64,000 nt of DNA from a virus (lineage: Duplodnaviria > Caudoviricetes), in IMG/VR virus record IMGVR_UViG_3300042483_000388. One strand, given 5' to 3'. The position numbers were made by a program, and so were the translations under genes. The notes below the pieces were generated by a model. It worked only from the letters and a program-made list of their open reading frames with translations. It ran no database searches and had not been told where the DNA came from. Positions 46,538-56,129 of the stretch are shown piece after piece. Positions within the stretch are counted from its first letter, which is position 1. Every line of letters starts with the position of its first letter.

Positions 46538-47184
46538 AATATTTTAGTTAAATCGTATTGTTTAGTGTTAAAATTACTATTACTATGTACTCTATGTAAC
46601 AATAAATTTTCTGGTATATTAAAAAATGTTTTATTATTTCTCATTAACCTTAACCAAAAATCATAATCCTCAATCCCGTCCAAATCCTCTCTCCACCCAT
46701 CAATTTCTAAAGAGTCTGATTTTTTAAAAATCGCACTAGTATTAGCAATTTGATTTACACCCAAAAATGAATTTTTCTTAATATCTTCATCTTGTGTTGA
46801 TAATAAAGGGGATCCTATGATAATATCGTTACTATCTATATAGTTAATAAAAGTTCCTATAACATCATAATTATTAATATAATTTAATTGTTTTTCTAAT
46901 TTAGTGGTAACCCAAATATCATCATCATCTTGTATGGCAATCCAACCATATTTTGATTCTATTAATAGTTTGTTTAATGTTTTTGATTTACCCTTTTCAT
47001 CACCGTAATCAAATATTCTAATTCTACCATCGTTAAATTTATTTACAATTTCTTTTGAGTTGTCTGTTGTACCATTAAACCCAATTAATAATTCAAAATC
47101 TTTAAAAGTCTGATTTAATATGGACTCAATTGATTTTTTAATAAATTTTTCACCGTTATATGTTGCTAGTAATATTGTTACCAT
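46534..47184 (-). CDS. glycosyltransferase, GT2 family
   Basis: LATYNGE, IQDDDD, EDYDFWLR. Confidence 0.88.
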   Translation of the reverse strand: MVTILLATYNGEKFIKKSIESILNQTFKDFELLIGFNGTTDNSKEIVNKFNDGRIRIFDYGDEKGKSKTLNKLLIESKYGWIAIQDDDDIWVTTKLEKQLNYINNYDVIGTFINYIDSNDIIIGSPLLSTQDEDIKKNSFLGVNQIANTSAIFKKSDSLEIDGWREDLDGIEDYDFWLRLMRNNKTFFNIPENLLLHRVHSNSNFNTKQYDLTKIL

Positions 47185-47187
47185 AAC

Positions 47188-47886
47188 TTAATTTCTAAAA
47201 TATTCAAACCCACCATATTTTCGTTTATCTAAAAAAAATATTTTACTATGATCGTGTTTATGGTTTTCATCTGCGGCATAACCTAAAGGTAAAATTAATG
47301 TTGGTGTGTTATTTAAAAAATACCTATTTAAATGAGATTCATCGTGCCATATTGCAATAATACCATTTTTTAGGTCTTTATTGATGTTAGATTCAATCGT
47401 TCTTGATAGGTTTAAAAATTCGGAACTGATTCCACCAAAAAATCCACCACAAAAATATTGATTACTTTCCCCATTTGTAATGTATGCGGTGGAATTTGGG
47501 TTTCTTTCGGGTGTACCTTCACCATTCCCCAAATAAGGGTGTAACGTACCAATAATATTAGATAATATATCTTCAGGGTTTATCTGACCAACAAACAAAC
47601 TATCAGCGTCAATATAAAATGAATAATCATAATTAGAAATAATTTCCTCACATTCATTGAAAAATTTAAACCGGTGTAAGGTTGAGCTAGGCCAAGGGTT
47701 ATGATCCACTTTATGGATTATGTGATCACCCTCAATTTTAATGTCTTCTTGGTCCGTATGAATTAAATAAGTTTTACTAACACTTGGTAAAAAAAAATTT
47801 TCAATGGACGGTATTAACTTATCCAAAAAGAAAATGTATTTATTTGTTGCAATGATATTAACTACTATTTTTAAATTATTTTTCAT
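47188..47886 (-). CDS. GT6 family (ABO-like alpha-1,3-GalNAc/Gal transferase)
   Basis: IATNKY, WPSSTLHRF, YIDAD, YFCGGFFGG, WHDESHLNRY. Confidence 0.9.
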   Translation of the reverse strand: MKNNLKIVVNIIATNKYIFFLDKLIPSIENFFLPSVSKTYLIHTDQEDIKIEGDHIIHKVDHNPWPSSTLHRFKFFNECEEIISNYDYSFYIDADSLFVGQINPEDILSNIIGTLHPYLGNGEGTPERNPNSTAYITNGESNQYFCGGFFGGISSEFLNLSRTIESNINKDLKNGIIAIWHDESHLNRYFLNNTPTLILPLGYAADENHKHDHSKIFFLDKRKYGGFEYFRN

Positions 47887-47910
47887 TATCAGTGTATGTT
47901 ATATTATTTA

Positions 47911-48540
47911 TTACTTTATCAACCATTTATAATCTGTGACCTTATTTTCTATATCGCTAAAACTAACTCTTTGGGTTGCAATTACAGGGTAAAAAGAATA
48001 AACATTTAATGATTTTTGTAATTCAGAATATATCACATCTAATGCGTTATCGTATTTTTTTAATCTTTCTAATATAACATTAAATGATTTTTTATTTATT
48101 GCAACACAGTGAGTGCTAAATGTGTTATGTAATTTGCAAACTTTTTCATTTACTATTAATGGAGGTTTTATTCCCATATGTGTATTATGGTTCCCACCAA
48201 AATATAACATATCCCAATCTTTTGGTAACATATTAAAATATTCGTCCATGTCCCCAACTTGTTTTTCAAACTCAACGTCGTCCTCTAATATTAATATTGA
48301 GTTATAACCATTTTGAATTGATTCCTCTAATATTTGTATGTTTGTTAAAACTAATGCCAACCTTGATGGTGTCATAAAACCTGATGAAGTTTGGGTTAAC
48401 TCTTTTCCGTCTACAGCTTTAAATCTATTAACGTTTGTTAGTTTGTTTTTTTCAAATTCAACAACACATTCACTCCACCTATCTGGTCTACGATCTAAAT
48501 TTACGCAATATGTTTTATCAAAAAATTCTGTTATTTTCAT
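47911..48540 (-). CDS. GT25 family (LgtB/Lex2-like beta-galactosyltransferase)
   Basis: VNLDRRPDRW, FKAVDG, ILEDDV, WDMLYFG. Confidence 0.85.
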   Translation of the reverse strand: MKITEFFDKTYCVNLDRRPDRWSECVVEFEKNKLTNVNRFKAVDGKELTQTSSGFMTPSRLALVLTNIQILEESIQNGYNSILILEDDVEFEKQVGDMDEYFNMLPKDWDMLYFGGNHNTHMGIKPPLIVNEKVCKLHNTFSTHCVAINKKSFNVILERLKKYDNALDVIYSELQKSLNVYSFYPVIATQRVSFSDIENKVTDYKWLIK

Positions 48541-49100
48541 TAGTGTCTTACGTTATAATATACCTCAGGAGTAATAACCCAATTATCTGTTAATTTTTTT
48601 AACTTCATTAAAAAATCAAAGTCTTCTCCATCTCGATTATTATCAAATAATAAGTTATCAAATTTATTTTTGTAACAAAAAGATATTCCAACACGACCAA
48701 AAATAATGTCTTTAATTTTTTGTGGTGGTAACACCAAACCATTTTGATATTTCATTCTCCAAACAACAAAATCATTTTCTAAATATTTTTCACTTAGTGT
48801 TGAGATGTAATTTACGTCTATTGTGTCATCATCATCTAAAAATCCAATCCATTCTGTTTTAACCATTTTAATTCCTACGTTTCTAACCAAACCTGATTGA
48901 CCATTTGCCGGGCCAACCAAACCTGTTTTTGGTATCTCTAAAGTTTTTATTCTTTCGTCTTCAAATCCTTTCCCAACAACGCCATCATATAATATAATTG
49001 CGTTCCAATTTGGATTTGTTTGGTTTAATAACGAATCTACGGTTCTTGTGATTGTTGATCTGTTAAGTGAGGGGATAATAAATGTAATAAAAGGTTCCAT
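48540..49100 (-). CDS. glycosyltransferase, GT2 family
   Basis: IIPSLNR, RNVGI, FLDDDD, GEDFDF. Confidence 0.85.
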   Translation of the reverse strand: MEPFITFIIPSLNRSTITRTVDSLLNQTNPNWNAIILYDGVVGKGFEDERIKTLEIPKTGLVGPANGQSGLVRNVGIKMVKTEWIGFLDDDDTIDVNYISTLSEKYLENDFVVWRMKYQNGLVLPPQKIKDIIFGRVGISFCYKNKFDNLLFDNNRDGEDFDFLMKLKKLTDNWVITPEVYYNVRH

Positions 49101-49101
49101 A

Positions 49102-50601
49102 CTAATTAGTAATTACTGTGTATTTTTTAAATTTTTCAAAATTTTCTTTAATAAATGGGTAAACATGTTCATTAAAATCTTGCATCATTTCTAGCTTATT
49201 GTTCTCAACTTCTCTTGTTTGAGATTCGTGGTGATAAGCAACACATTCTCCATTACAATAATTATAATACCCATTTTTTATAAGTTGTAAACCTAAAATC
49301 GCATCCTCATAACAATGTCTAAAGGACTCGTTAAAGCCACCCATAGTTTCAAAAACTTTTTTTCTTACCATCATTAACGCTGCGGTGTTTCCGCCAACCT
49401 CATCAATACCCGTATTAAATTTATAATATGTTTCCCTATTTAAATGGTCTAATGTATATGCCTTATGTTTTTGTCTCAGAATGATTGAAATACCATCGTG
49501 TTGTACTGTGTTGTTTGAAAAATGTAATCGACACCCAACGGTACCAACCCTATCTTTTGTTTTGAATGTTTTTAACATTCCTGAAATTACATCATTTAAT
49601 AACTCAATATCGTTATTACAGAATAATAAAAATTCATAATTGTTTGGTAAATTTTTTACGACATCATTATTTATTTTGGCATAATTGTAATAATCATATT
49701 CAATTAGAGTTATAGATTTAATATTTTCTTTAATCCAATTTTTTTCCTCATCTGTTGATCCTGTATCCGCAATAAAAATATCATATAGGTTTGAATCACA
49801 ATATTTGTGAATTGAGTCGACACATTCTTTTAACATCTCCACCTTACCTTTCGTTGGTATGATTACCGCAACTTTACCAACATTTTTTATTGGTTTGTAT
49901 TTTACTTGTGGAACATAAACTTCGGATGGTTTAAGATCCAATGGTAATACGTAACCCCACTTCTCAAGGAACTTTACCTTACTATCATAAAATTCTTTAT
50001 TTGGTTGACCAACAGATTCGTGAGTTATTTCAAATGATGAGGTTATACCTAATTTAACGTTATCCAAATAATTTGGCAAACAGAATAGGTGGTCGTAAAA
50101 GTGGAACTTACCAATCGTCTCATCAAAAGTATGTTTGATTTTTGTTTTATCAAATGCGATAAATAACCCATCAATTGTAACAACGGGAATTAAGAATGGT
50201 AATTTTGGTGAGTATTTGTTTATCCATTTTTTTTGACCTTCCGGATGGTGATAAACTTGACCCACCATTGTGTAGTGCATCCTATCCCAATAAACTCCAG
50301 TGTCAGGAAAATAACAAGATCCGGCTTTTCCAATTATACCGAATTCGGGGTTATTAGAAAAATCGTTTAACAATTTTTTGCCCCAATTTTTTTCAAGTTT
50401 TATATCATTATGACAACAAACAACAATATCATAAATTGATTCTGTAATCCCTGAATTATAAACACTAGATAAAGAATATTGGTTATGATTAACGTATTCT
50501 AAAATCTGAACATCTTTAACGCCAACGTTTTGTAACAAATGTTGTTTAAATTTGTTATTGTATTCTTGGTCCTTATGTGTTGAGTAAACTATTGTAATCA
50601 T
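49102..50601 (-). CDS. two-domain glycosyltransferase (GT2-like + GT2)
   Basis: N-domain CCHND/IDG/HFYD; C-domain IIPTK, FCNND, YEDA. Confidence 0.85.
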   Translation of the reverse strand: MITIVYSTHKDQEYNNKFKQHLLQNVGVKDVQILEYVNHNQYSLSSVYNSGITESIYDIVVCCHNDIKLEKNWGKKLLNDFSNNPEFGIIGKAGSCYFPDTGVYWDRMHYTMVGQVYHHPEGQKKWINKYSPKLPFLIPVVTIDGLFIAFDKTKIKHTFDETIGKFHFYDHLFCLPNYLDNVKLGITSSFEITHESVGQPNKEFYDSKVKFLEKWGYVLPLDLKPSEVYVPQVKYKPIKNVGKVAVIIPTKGKVEMLKECVDSIHKYCDSNLYDIFIADTGSTDEEKNWIKENIKSITLIEYDYYNYAKINNDVVKNLPNNYEFLLFCNNDIELLNDVISGMLKTFKTKDRVGTVGCRLHFSNNTVQHDGISIILRQKHKAYTLDHLNRETYYKFNTGIDEVGGNTAALMMVRKKVFETMGGFNESFRHCYEDAILGLQLIKNGYYNYCNGECVAYHHESQTREVENNKLEMMQDFNEHVYPFIKENFEKFKKYTVITN

Positions 50602-51203
50602 AAACCAGTACTTCCAAAACCTTTATCTTCCCTATCTTTGGGTGTTAATTCAACTTTCTCAATAAGGTTAACCCATTTTCCGGCAACAACTGGACATAAT
50701 ACAGCTTGTGCCACTTTTTGTCCTTTTTGTATTTTAATTCTATCTTTTGTTGTGTTAAATAAGATAACTTGTATCTCTCCGGTATAATTTTGATCTACGG
50801 TTCCCGGAGAATTTAAAACCATCAACCCTTGTTTTAACGCTAAACCACTTTTTGATCTTATTTGTATTTCATGTCCCTCAGGAATATCCAAATGTATCCC
50901 TGTTGGTATTAACTTTCTATCAAACCCAAATATCCAAATATCTTCTGAGGAACATAAATCCATACCAGAATCAGACTGATATGCGTATGATGGTGTTATG
51001 GCATCAGGATTTGATTTTCTATAACCTAAATCAAGTTGTGGGATGTAATTATCCATGTCGTCCTCCAAGTCTTTTAAATCAATACCGAAAGAGTCCATTA
51101 TTGTTTTGTAATCAATTTCACCATCATCAATATCGTCCATGTCATCTAATAATCTTATTAAACTATTAATGTCATCTTCATTTATATTTTCATCTTCTAT
51201 CAT
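50598..51203 (-). CDS. dut: trimeric dUTPase with acidic N-terminal extension
   Basis: SGMDL, RSKSG, GTVDQNYTGE, AQAV, RED-KGFGSTG. Confidence 0.93.
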   Translation of the reverse strand: MIEDENINEDDINSLIRLLDDMDDIDDGEIDYKTIMDSFGIDLKDLEDDMDNYIPQLDLGYRKSNPDAITPSYAYQSDSGMDLCSSEDIWIFGFDRKLIPTGIHLDIPEGHEIQIRSKSGLALKQGLMVLNSPGTVDQNYTGEIQVILFNTTKDRIKIQKGQKVAQAVLCPVVAGKWVNLIEKVELTPKDREDKGFGSTGL

Positions 51204-51922
51204 TGTAATGTTTTTAATTTCATTATTGTATCAATTAATACGTCAACATCTCGTTCACAATATTCCGAAATTTCTTTTAATCTATTATGGTCCCAATATG
51301 CGGCATGAACCATTCCACCATTAATTTCTCCGTCTTTTGGTGTTGGAATTTCTAAACAAGCACACATTAAATCTAATGACCCAATTGAGGTATATGATCC
51401 GTATTGCCAAATTTCCTTTGTGTCTATAGCTTTAACCTCCCAAGGCTTTGTATCATAAGATGGGAGAATCTTGGATGGCATAATTCCGTTTATAATCATT
51501 CGTTTTGCCAACATAGGGATATCAAAGTTTTTAAGGTTATGCCCACATAGGTAAAAATCTAATTTATGACAACGATCCAATAGGTTTCTTACATCAATAA
51601 GAAGTTTTTTCTCATCATTACCAGAGAATGTTTGTTTTTTAACGTCTCCGTTATCTAAAACAAATGCCATAGATACACATACAATTTTTGCAAACTCAGG
51701 AACTAATGCCGATCTTCGTTGAAATACCTCATCCATGTGTTCTTCAGTGGACATCATGTCAGTTATCTTGTCTTCGGGGAATCTTTTAAGAAACCAATCA
51801 AAGTATTTCTCAAATTGGTTTGATACAGTTGGGTTTGTTTCTCTACAACTTTGGTAGTCTTTACAACCACCAACTGTTTCAATGTCGATAAATAAAATTT
51901 TTGTTATTGGTATGTTAATCAT
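51200..51922 (-). CDS. 3'-5' exonuclease (PolB-exonuclease-related, DEDD)
   Basis: FIDIET, GHNLKNFDIP, YCERDV. Confidence 0.85.
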   Translation of the reverse strand: MINIPITKILFIDIETVGGCKDYQSCRETNPTVSNQFEKYFDWFLKRFPEDKITDMMSTEEHMDEVFQRRSALVPEFAKIVCVSMAFVLDNGDVKKQTFSGNDEKKLLIDVRNLLDRCHKLDFYLCGHNLKNFDIPMLAKRMIINGIMPSKILPSYDTKPWEVKAIDTKEIWQYGSYTSIGSLDLMCACLEIPTPKDGEINGGMVHAAYWDHNRLKEISEYCERDVDVLIDTIMKLKTLQ

Positions 51923-51925
51923 AAT

Positions 51926-53140
51926 TTAATTTATTAAGGATATGTAAAATTCCGCCCTATTTTTTGTCACAATATTAAGGTCATATTTGTCTTTTACCGT
52001 TTCATATAATCTCTCACCAAGATCGGTAATCATATTTGGATTTTCAACCAACTTTTTAATGTTTTTTGCCCAATCACTATGATTGTTAGTTTCGTTAACC
52101 AACAATGCGTTTCCATCGGTAAACTGACCTTTATCCAATGCGTGTTTCAAGTCAATGGTATAAGGTCCAACATTCGACGCAATTAACGCTTTCTTATAAA
52201 ATCCTGCTTCAATAACCTTCAATTGTGATTTCATTCTATTGAATATATGGTTTTTAATTGGTGCCAATGAAATGTCAAAGTTAGAATAGTTTCTAGCGTA
52301 TTGGTCAACAGGTCTCGTCCAAACTCTAACATAGTTTTCGTTTTGGATTGCCGGATAGTCCCCCTCTTCAAATTTGTCTAAGTAAATTTTATATTCTGGT
52401 GAGATAATTTTATAATCATTGGTAAAAATTTTCTCATACATTACCCAAACCGTTTCATTAGGTTTAATTGGTCTTTGTTTTTTTTCTCCAGTATCTTTAT
52501 TTAATTCGGTAATAACCCCACGAATATCAAATCCACAAATATAATATTGTAACTTATCTTGTATTTGCCCAAGTTTGTTGGTCATTCCATCTAATAACTT
52601 AAGATCGTGTAAGTGGGATGAACCACCCAACCAACCAACTCGTATCTTATCCGATTTTGGTGTGGGTTGATTAAACTGAGGTTCTGTTGGGTCAATTGCG
52701 TTAGGTAAAACAATAACATTCTTATTGATTTTTCTAATTTCGTTGGCAAATAAGTCAGTTGTTGTTGTAACATATGAACACTCCCTTAAATTGTTTACAA
52801 TTTTTGTATTCATATTTTGTTGTCTAATCAATTCATGAATAGGGTGTTCCTTTGTGGGAAGCCAATAGTCATCAATGTCACCAATAACGATAATACCCAT
52901 AGACTTTAACCTTTTTATAAGTTCAGGACATTCATCAATATTCCCAAAACTTCTATGGAAATGAACTATTTGGTATTTTTTCCAATAATTTATGTCATTA
53001 ATTTTTGGTTGGTAATCAATATCAACGTGAAAATCATTTGGATATAAATTTTGTAGTTTAACGTGGGGGTCTACAGATCTGAACTTTCCTACTCCCGACG
53101 TATCTGAGGGGAGACACAATACTTTAATTTTTTCTTTCAT
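51926..53140 (-). CDS. glycosyltransferase, GT-B (GT4-like)
   Basis: DIDDYW, VLPNAID, GWLGGSSH, KSQLKVIEAG. Confidence 0.85.
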   Translation of the reverse strand: MKEKIKVLCLPSDTSGVGKFRSVDPHVKLQNLYPNDFHVDIDYQPKINDINYWKKYQIVHFHRSFGNIDECPELIKRLKSMGIIVIGDIDDYWLPTKEHPIHELIRQQNMNTKIVNNLRECSYVTTTTDLFANEIRKINKNVIVLPNAIDPTEPQFNQPTPKSDKIRVGWLGGSSHLHDLKLLDGMTNKLGQIQDKLQYYICGFDIRGVITELNKDTGEKKQRPIKPNETVWVMYEKIFTNDYKIISPEYKIYLDKFEEGDYPAIQNENYVRVWTRPVDQYARNYSNFDISLAPIKNHIFNRMKSQLKVIEAGFYKKALIASNVGPYTIDLKHALDKGQFTDGNALLVNETNNHSDWAKNIKKLVENPNMITDLGERLYETVKDKYDLNIVTKNRAEFYISLIN

Positions 53141-53300
53141 ATTTTTTTATAATTTTTTTTAAATAGGTAAGATCATAAAAATCACTTTCCCACATTATTT
53201 CTAAAATATAACCTTTTTCTATTGTTAAGTCAATCTTGTTTTTATCATACTCCCATAATTCTTTTGCCGTCTTTTGTTTTTTAATTAAAAATAGACCAGT
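53124..53300 (-). pseudogene. C-terminal remnant of a Vsr/PD-(D/E)xK-type homing endonuclease
   Basis: AKELWEYDKNKIDL..KGY..EIMWESDF without the N-terminal catalytic part or a credible start. Confidence 0.5.
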
Positions 53301-53376
53301 CTTATCAAAAGGTAAAAATATAAACACAAAAAAAACCCCCACTTTAGATGGAGGTTATAAGAAATTATAAAAAATA

Positions 53377-54036
53377 TTATTTTGCCATTTTCTTAACTTT
53401 CAGAACTTTACCTTCAAATAGGTGTTGTCCCACCCTGAATTTAAATAAATCACTACTTCTTGATTCAGATTCCACTAAAAGACCATTTTCTTTTAATACG
53501 TCTTCTACCGTTTCTCGAACAATATCTCTAATATCATTTGATGATAAACCAAGAGATGGTTGTTGTGTTTGTTGTTGAGGTTGTCTTTTTTGTATTTGTT
53601 CATTAACAATATCTCCCTTTGCGTTTGTTTTCATTAGTCGAGAAGCTTTCTCAACTAATTCGTCGGAAATTACACTTCCAGAACCCATACCCATTGTTGG
53701 TTGTTGTATTGGGTGTTCCATCATTAATCTTTTAATTTCATCTGGAAGCTTTGAGTTAGATATTCTATCTGCTGTTGGTGGGCCAGAATGTGATTGTGTT
53801 GGACGAGATTCTTGAGTTTCCTGTAAAAGATCGTTAGGTAAGTTGTAAGTCGCGTTCATAGGTTGAAAGTTCTCAACTCTTGGTGATGTATGGTTACTAT
53901 TATTAGATGATGCATTGTCATCTTGGCTTGAGTAATCCCCATCCATTGTTCCCTGTCCTCTACCCATATTGTTATGTTTTTCCATGATCTTCTTTGAGAC
54001 CATTAATCTTTGCATTAATTCGTTTTCTGATGTCAT
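53377..54036 (-). CDS. hypothetical low-complexity protein
   Basis: 219 aa; IRDIVRETVEDVLKE segment. Confidence 0.75.
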   Translation of the reverse strand: MTSENELMQRLMVSKKIMEKHNNMGRGQGTMDGDYSSQDDNASSNNSNHTSPRVENFQPMNATYNLPNDLLQETQESRPTQSHSGPPTADRISNSKLPDEIKRLMMEHPIQQPTMGMGSGSVISDELVEKASRLMKTNAKGDIVNEQIQKRQPQQQTQQPSLGLSSNDIRDIVRETVEDVLKENGLLVESESRSSDLFKFRVGQHLFEGKVLKVKKMAK

Positions 54037-54055
54037 ATTATATTATATTTTTATT

Positions 54056-54436
54056 TCAAAAGACTGCGTTTATGAGAACCCTTGACATACTTTTATCCCC
54101 ATTTGGGTTATAGTTTGGTCTTGGGGTATCGAATATTTCAGTTGTTGGTCTAATAAACTGAGTTTTATCAATTCTAAACATTCTCCATCCAGGTAATGGT
54201 TTCTCACCCTTGTATGCTGTGTGAGATGCCCCCTCTTTATCCCAAGCTCGTAAAACAGGATTCCCACTTTTACTATAACCAAAACATACAGGTTCAATAA
54301 CCCTTAACCCTTTACCCCCTGGTTCATCACCATCGTAATAAATTGCACACACTCTTCTTTGCTTTATCGCATCAATAACTTGGTCTTTTGATGCTACTTC
54401 TAATATAAGACTATTGAGAGTGTTGTAAAGTTTCAT
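54056..54436 (-). CDS. standalone WYL-domain-like protein
   Basis: AIKQRR...IYY, RVIEP, LRAW, WRMFRIDK. Confidence 0.7.
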   Translation of the reverse strand: MKLYNTLNSLILEVASKDQVIDAIKQRRVCAIYYDGDEPGGKGLRVIEPVCFGYSKSGNPVLRAWDKEGASHTAYKGEKPLPGWRMFRIDKTQFIRPTTEIFDTPRPNYNPNGDKSMSRVLINAVF

Positions 54437-54723
54437 TATGCTGATGGTGTTGTATATGGTTTGTCTGGTTGAAATTCATTAACTTTTATTTCACTTTTTC
54501 TTTCGGCAGCATCAATGGATGATCCCCCATTAACGGTGTCTAAAAAAACTCCCGTACCTTTTCCAAATTGATCTCCATCGGATATTGCGTCTTTATTTGT
54601 TGAGGAGTAAGGATTAACCGTTTTGTAATCATTTTTTACGATCAATCTTTTTCTTTGCGCATCGCCAATCGCAGTCAAATCGTTTTCTGGTTGGCTATAA
54701 TCTAGTCTTTCTATTTCCGGCAT
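54436..54723 (-). CDS. hypothetical protein
   Basis: 95-aa ORF in operon. Confidence 0.7.
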   Translation of the reverse strand: MPEIERLDYSQPENDLTAIGDAQRKRLIVKNDYKTVNPYSSTNKDAISDGDQFGKGTGVFLDTVNGGSSIDAAERKSEIKVNEFQPDKPYTTPSA

Positions 54724-54724
54724 C

Positions 54725-55195
54725 TTAAATTATTTGTTTTATTATTTGGTTTATTCTATCTAAGTCTTCTTTTATTCTAACATCTTGTGTAAAAGTGCTA
54801 TGGTCTTTTGATGGTCTTGCCATATCAGCCAACGGACCTAAATCATCGATAAGGTCATCGGTAACATCTGCTGGCATATATTCATTCTCAATCTCATTAT
54901 CAAAATTATCATTACGTCTTAAACCATCTATTGTGGTATCAACCCAATTTTTCATATAGTCAGCACCATTCAACGTAAATGGGGCATCAGTTTTGTCTCC
55001 AATATAATTATCAAACCAATGTTTTATTCTACCCAATTGTTGATAAGTTACATACCCACTATTCCTTAATTCCTCATTCCGTTTGTGACCTTCAATTGAT
55101 GCGTCGGAATTTGGGATATGTTCAAAACAAGTCTCTAAATACTCCAACATTTTATCGGGTATTTGAATCGTCTTACCATATAAACTACTATTCAC
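54725..55195 (-). CDS. hypothetical protein with C-terminal IKE-DLDRINQII helix
   Basis: 156-aa ORF. Confidence 0.7.
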   Translation of the reverse strand: MNSSLYGKTIQIPDKMLEYLETCFEHIPNSDASIEGHKRNEELRNSGYVTYQQLGRIKHWFDNYIGDKTDAPFTLNGADYMKNWVDTTIDGLRRNDNFDNEIENEYMPADVTDDLIDDLGPLADMARPSKDHSTFTQDVRIKEDLDRINQIIKQII

Positions 55196-56075
55196 CTTGA
55201 CTTAAGTGTTTTATTAATTTATTTAAGCTAATCCCCTCTTTTTCTGCAATTTTTTTAATTGACTCAATGTTTCTCATCAAAATTTTAGAAATGGGACTAT
55301 TATCTTCAGTTTCTTCTTTTGTTTTTTTAACTACGTCTTTGTTATTATTTTTTTTTGAAAGTAATATCTCATCTAACATATTATTCATTTTTTGTTTCTC
55401 TAATTCTGCCAATCTTTTTTTGGTGAAACAATTTTTACACTCCCCGTGTTCCTTTTCAATTTCAAGTTGTCTATCAAGTTTTGGGTCAAACCCAAAAACT
55501 TTACATCTTTCATCTCTTTCTAAATAATCTTCAACACCAAGTTCTTCCATTGATTCCATACATTCATTATATGTTCTATCATTTTCAGTCTCTTCTTTTG
55601 CAAATGCTCCTGACATATCTTCTTCATCTATAACAGGTTTGTCTTCTTTTGTTCCCTCATTCCAATAACCACGAATATATGGGAATTGATTTGACTTTGT
55701 CATTTTGGCCGTTTGGTCGGTAGTTTTTTTGGCAAGAACCCTTTGGTTTAATATTGGAATGTTTGAACTGATATAAGATCCATCAGCGTTAACTAGTTCA
55801 TCAATCTCTCCGTTTTGTTTTTTAGAATTCTTTTGTTTTGAATTAAGAATCATCGATATCCTTTCCTTTGACAATTTTTTACCTGATTTAAGAATTTTTA
55901 AAATAGTTTTTTTAATTTCTTCTTTTTGACTTTTATCAAACTTAATAACTTTATTATCTTTTCGTGATTCACTTATAGTATCTGATACGGAGTAATATAA
56001 TGAAAACATATCCTTCCCCTCTTTTAGGTAGAAGTAATAAGGTGACTCAAAATATTCTTTATTGAACTCAATCAT
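55188..56075 (-). CDS. hypothetical protein
   Basis: 295 aa; late motif 56092-56098. Confidence 0.75.
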   Translation of the reverse strand: MIEFNKEYFESPYYFYLKEGKDMFSLYYSVSDTISESRKDNKVIKFDKSQKEEIKKTILKILKSGKKLSKERISMILNSKQKNSKKQNGEIDELVNADGSYISSNIPILNQRVLAKKTTDQTAKMTKSNQFPYIRGYWNEGTKEDKPVIDEEDMSGAFAKEETENDRTYNECMESMEELGVEDYLERDERCKVFGFDPKLDRQLEIEKEHGECKNCFTKKRLAELEKQKMNNMLDEILLSKKNNNKDVVKKTKEETEDNSPISKILMRNIESIKKIAEKEGISLNKLIKHLSQGE

Positions 56076-56129
56076 AAAATTAGTTTTTACAATAAATACT
56101 TTGATATGTTGTATTTATAATTAAAACAA

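Noticed and set aside
11090-53140. Bacterial chromosome with a prophage and O-antigen locus
   Set aside because: ClpC, bS21, tmRNA and glycan genes are interleaved with T4-like head genes and share the phage promoter architecture; no integrase, wzx/wzy or housekeeping synteny
53301-53342. ORF 53124..53342 as an intact gene
   Set aside because: Its start lies in a terminator hairpin and the first ~20 codons are low-information; treated as a remnant
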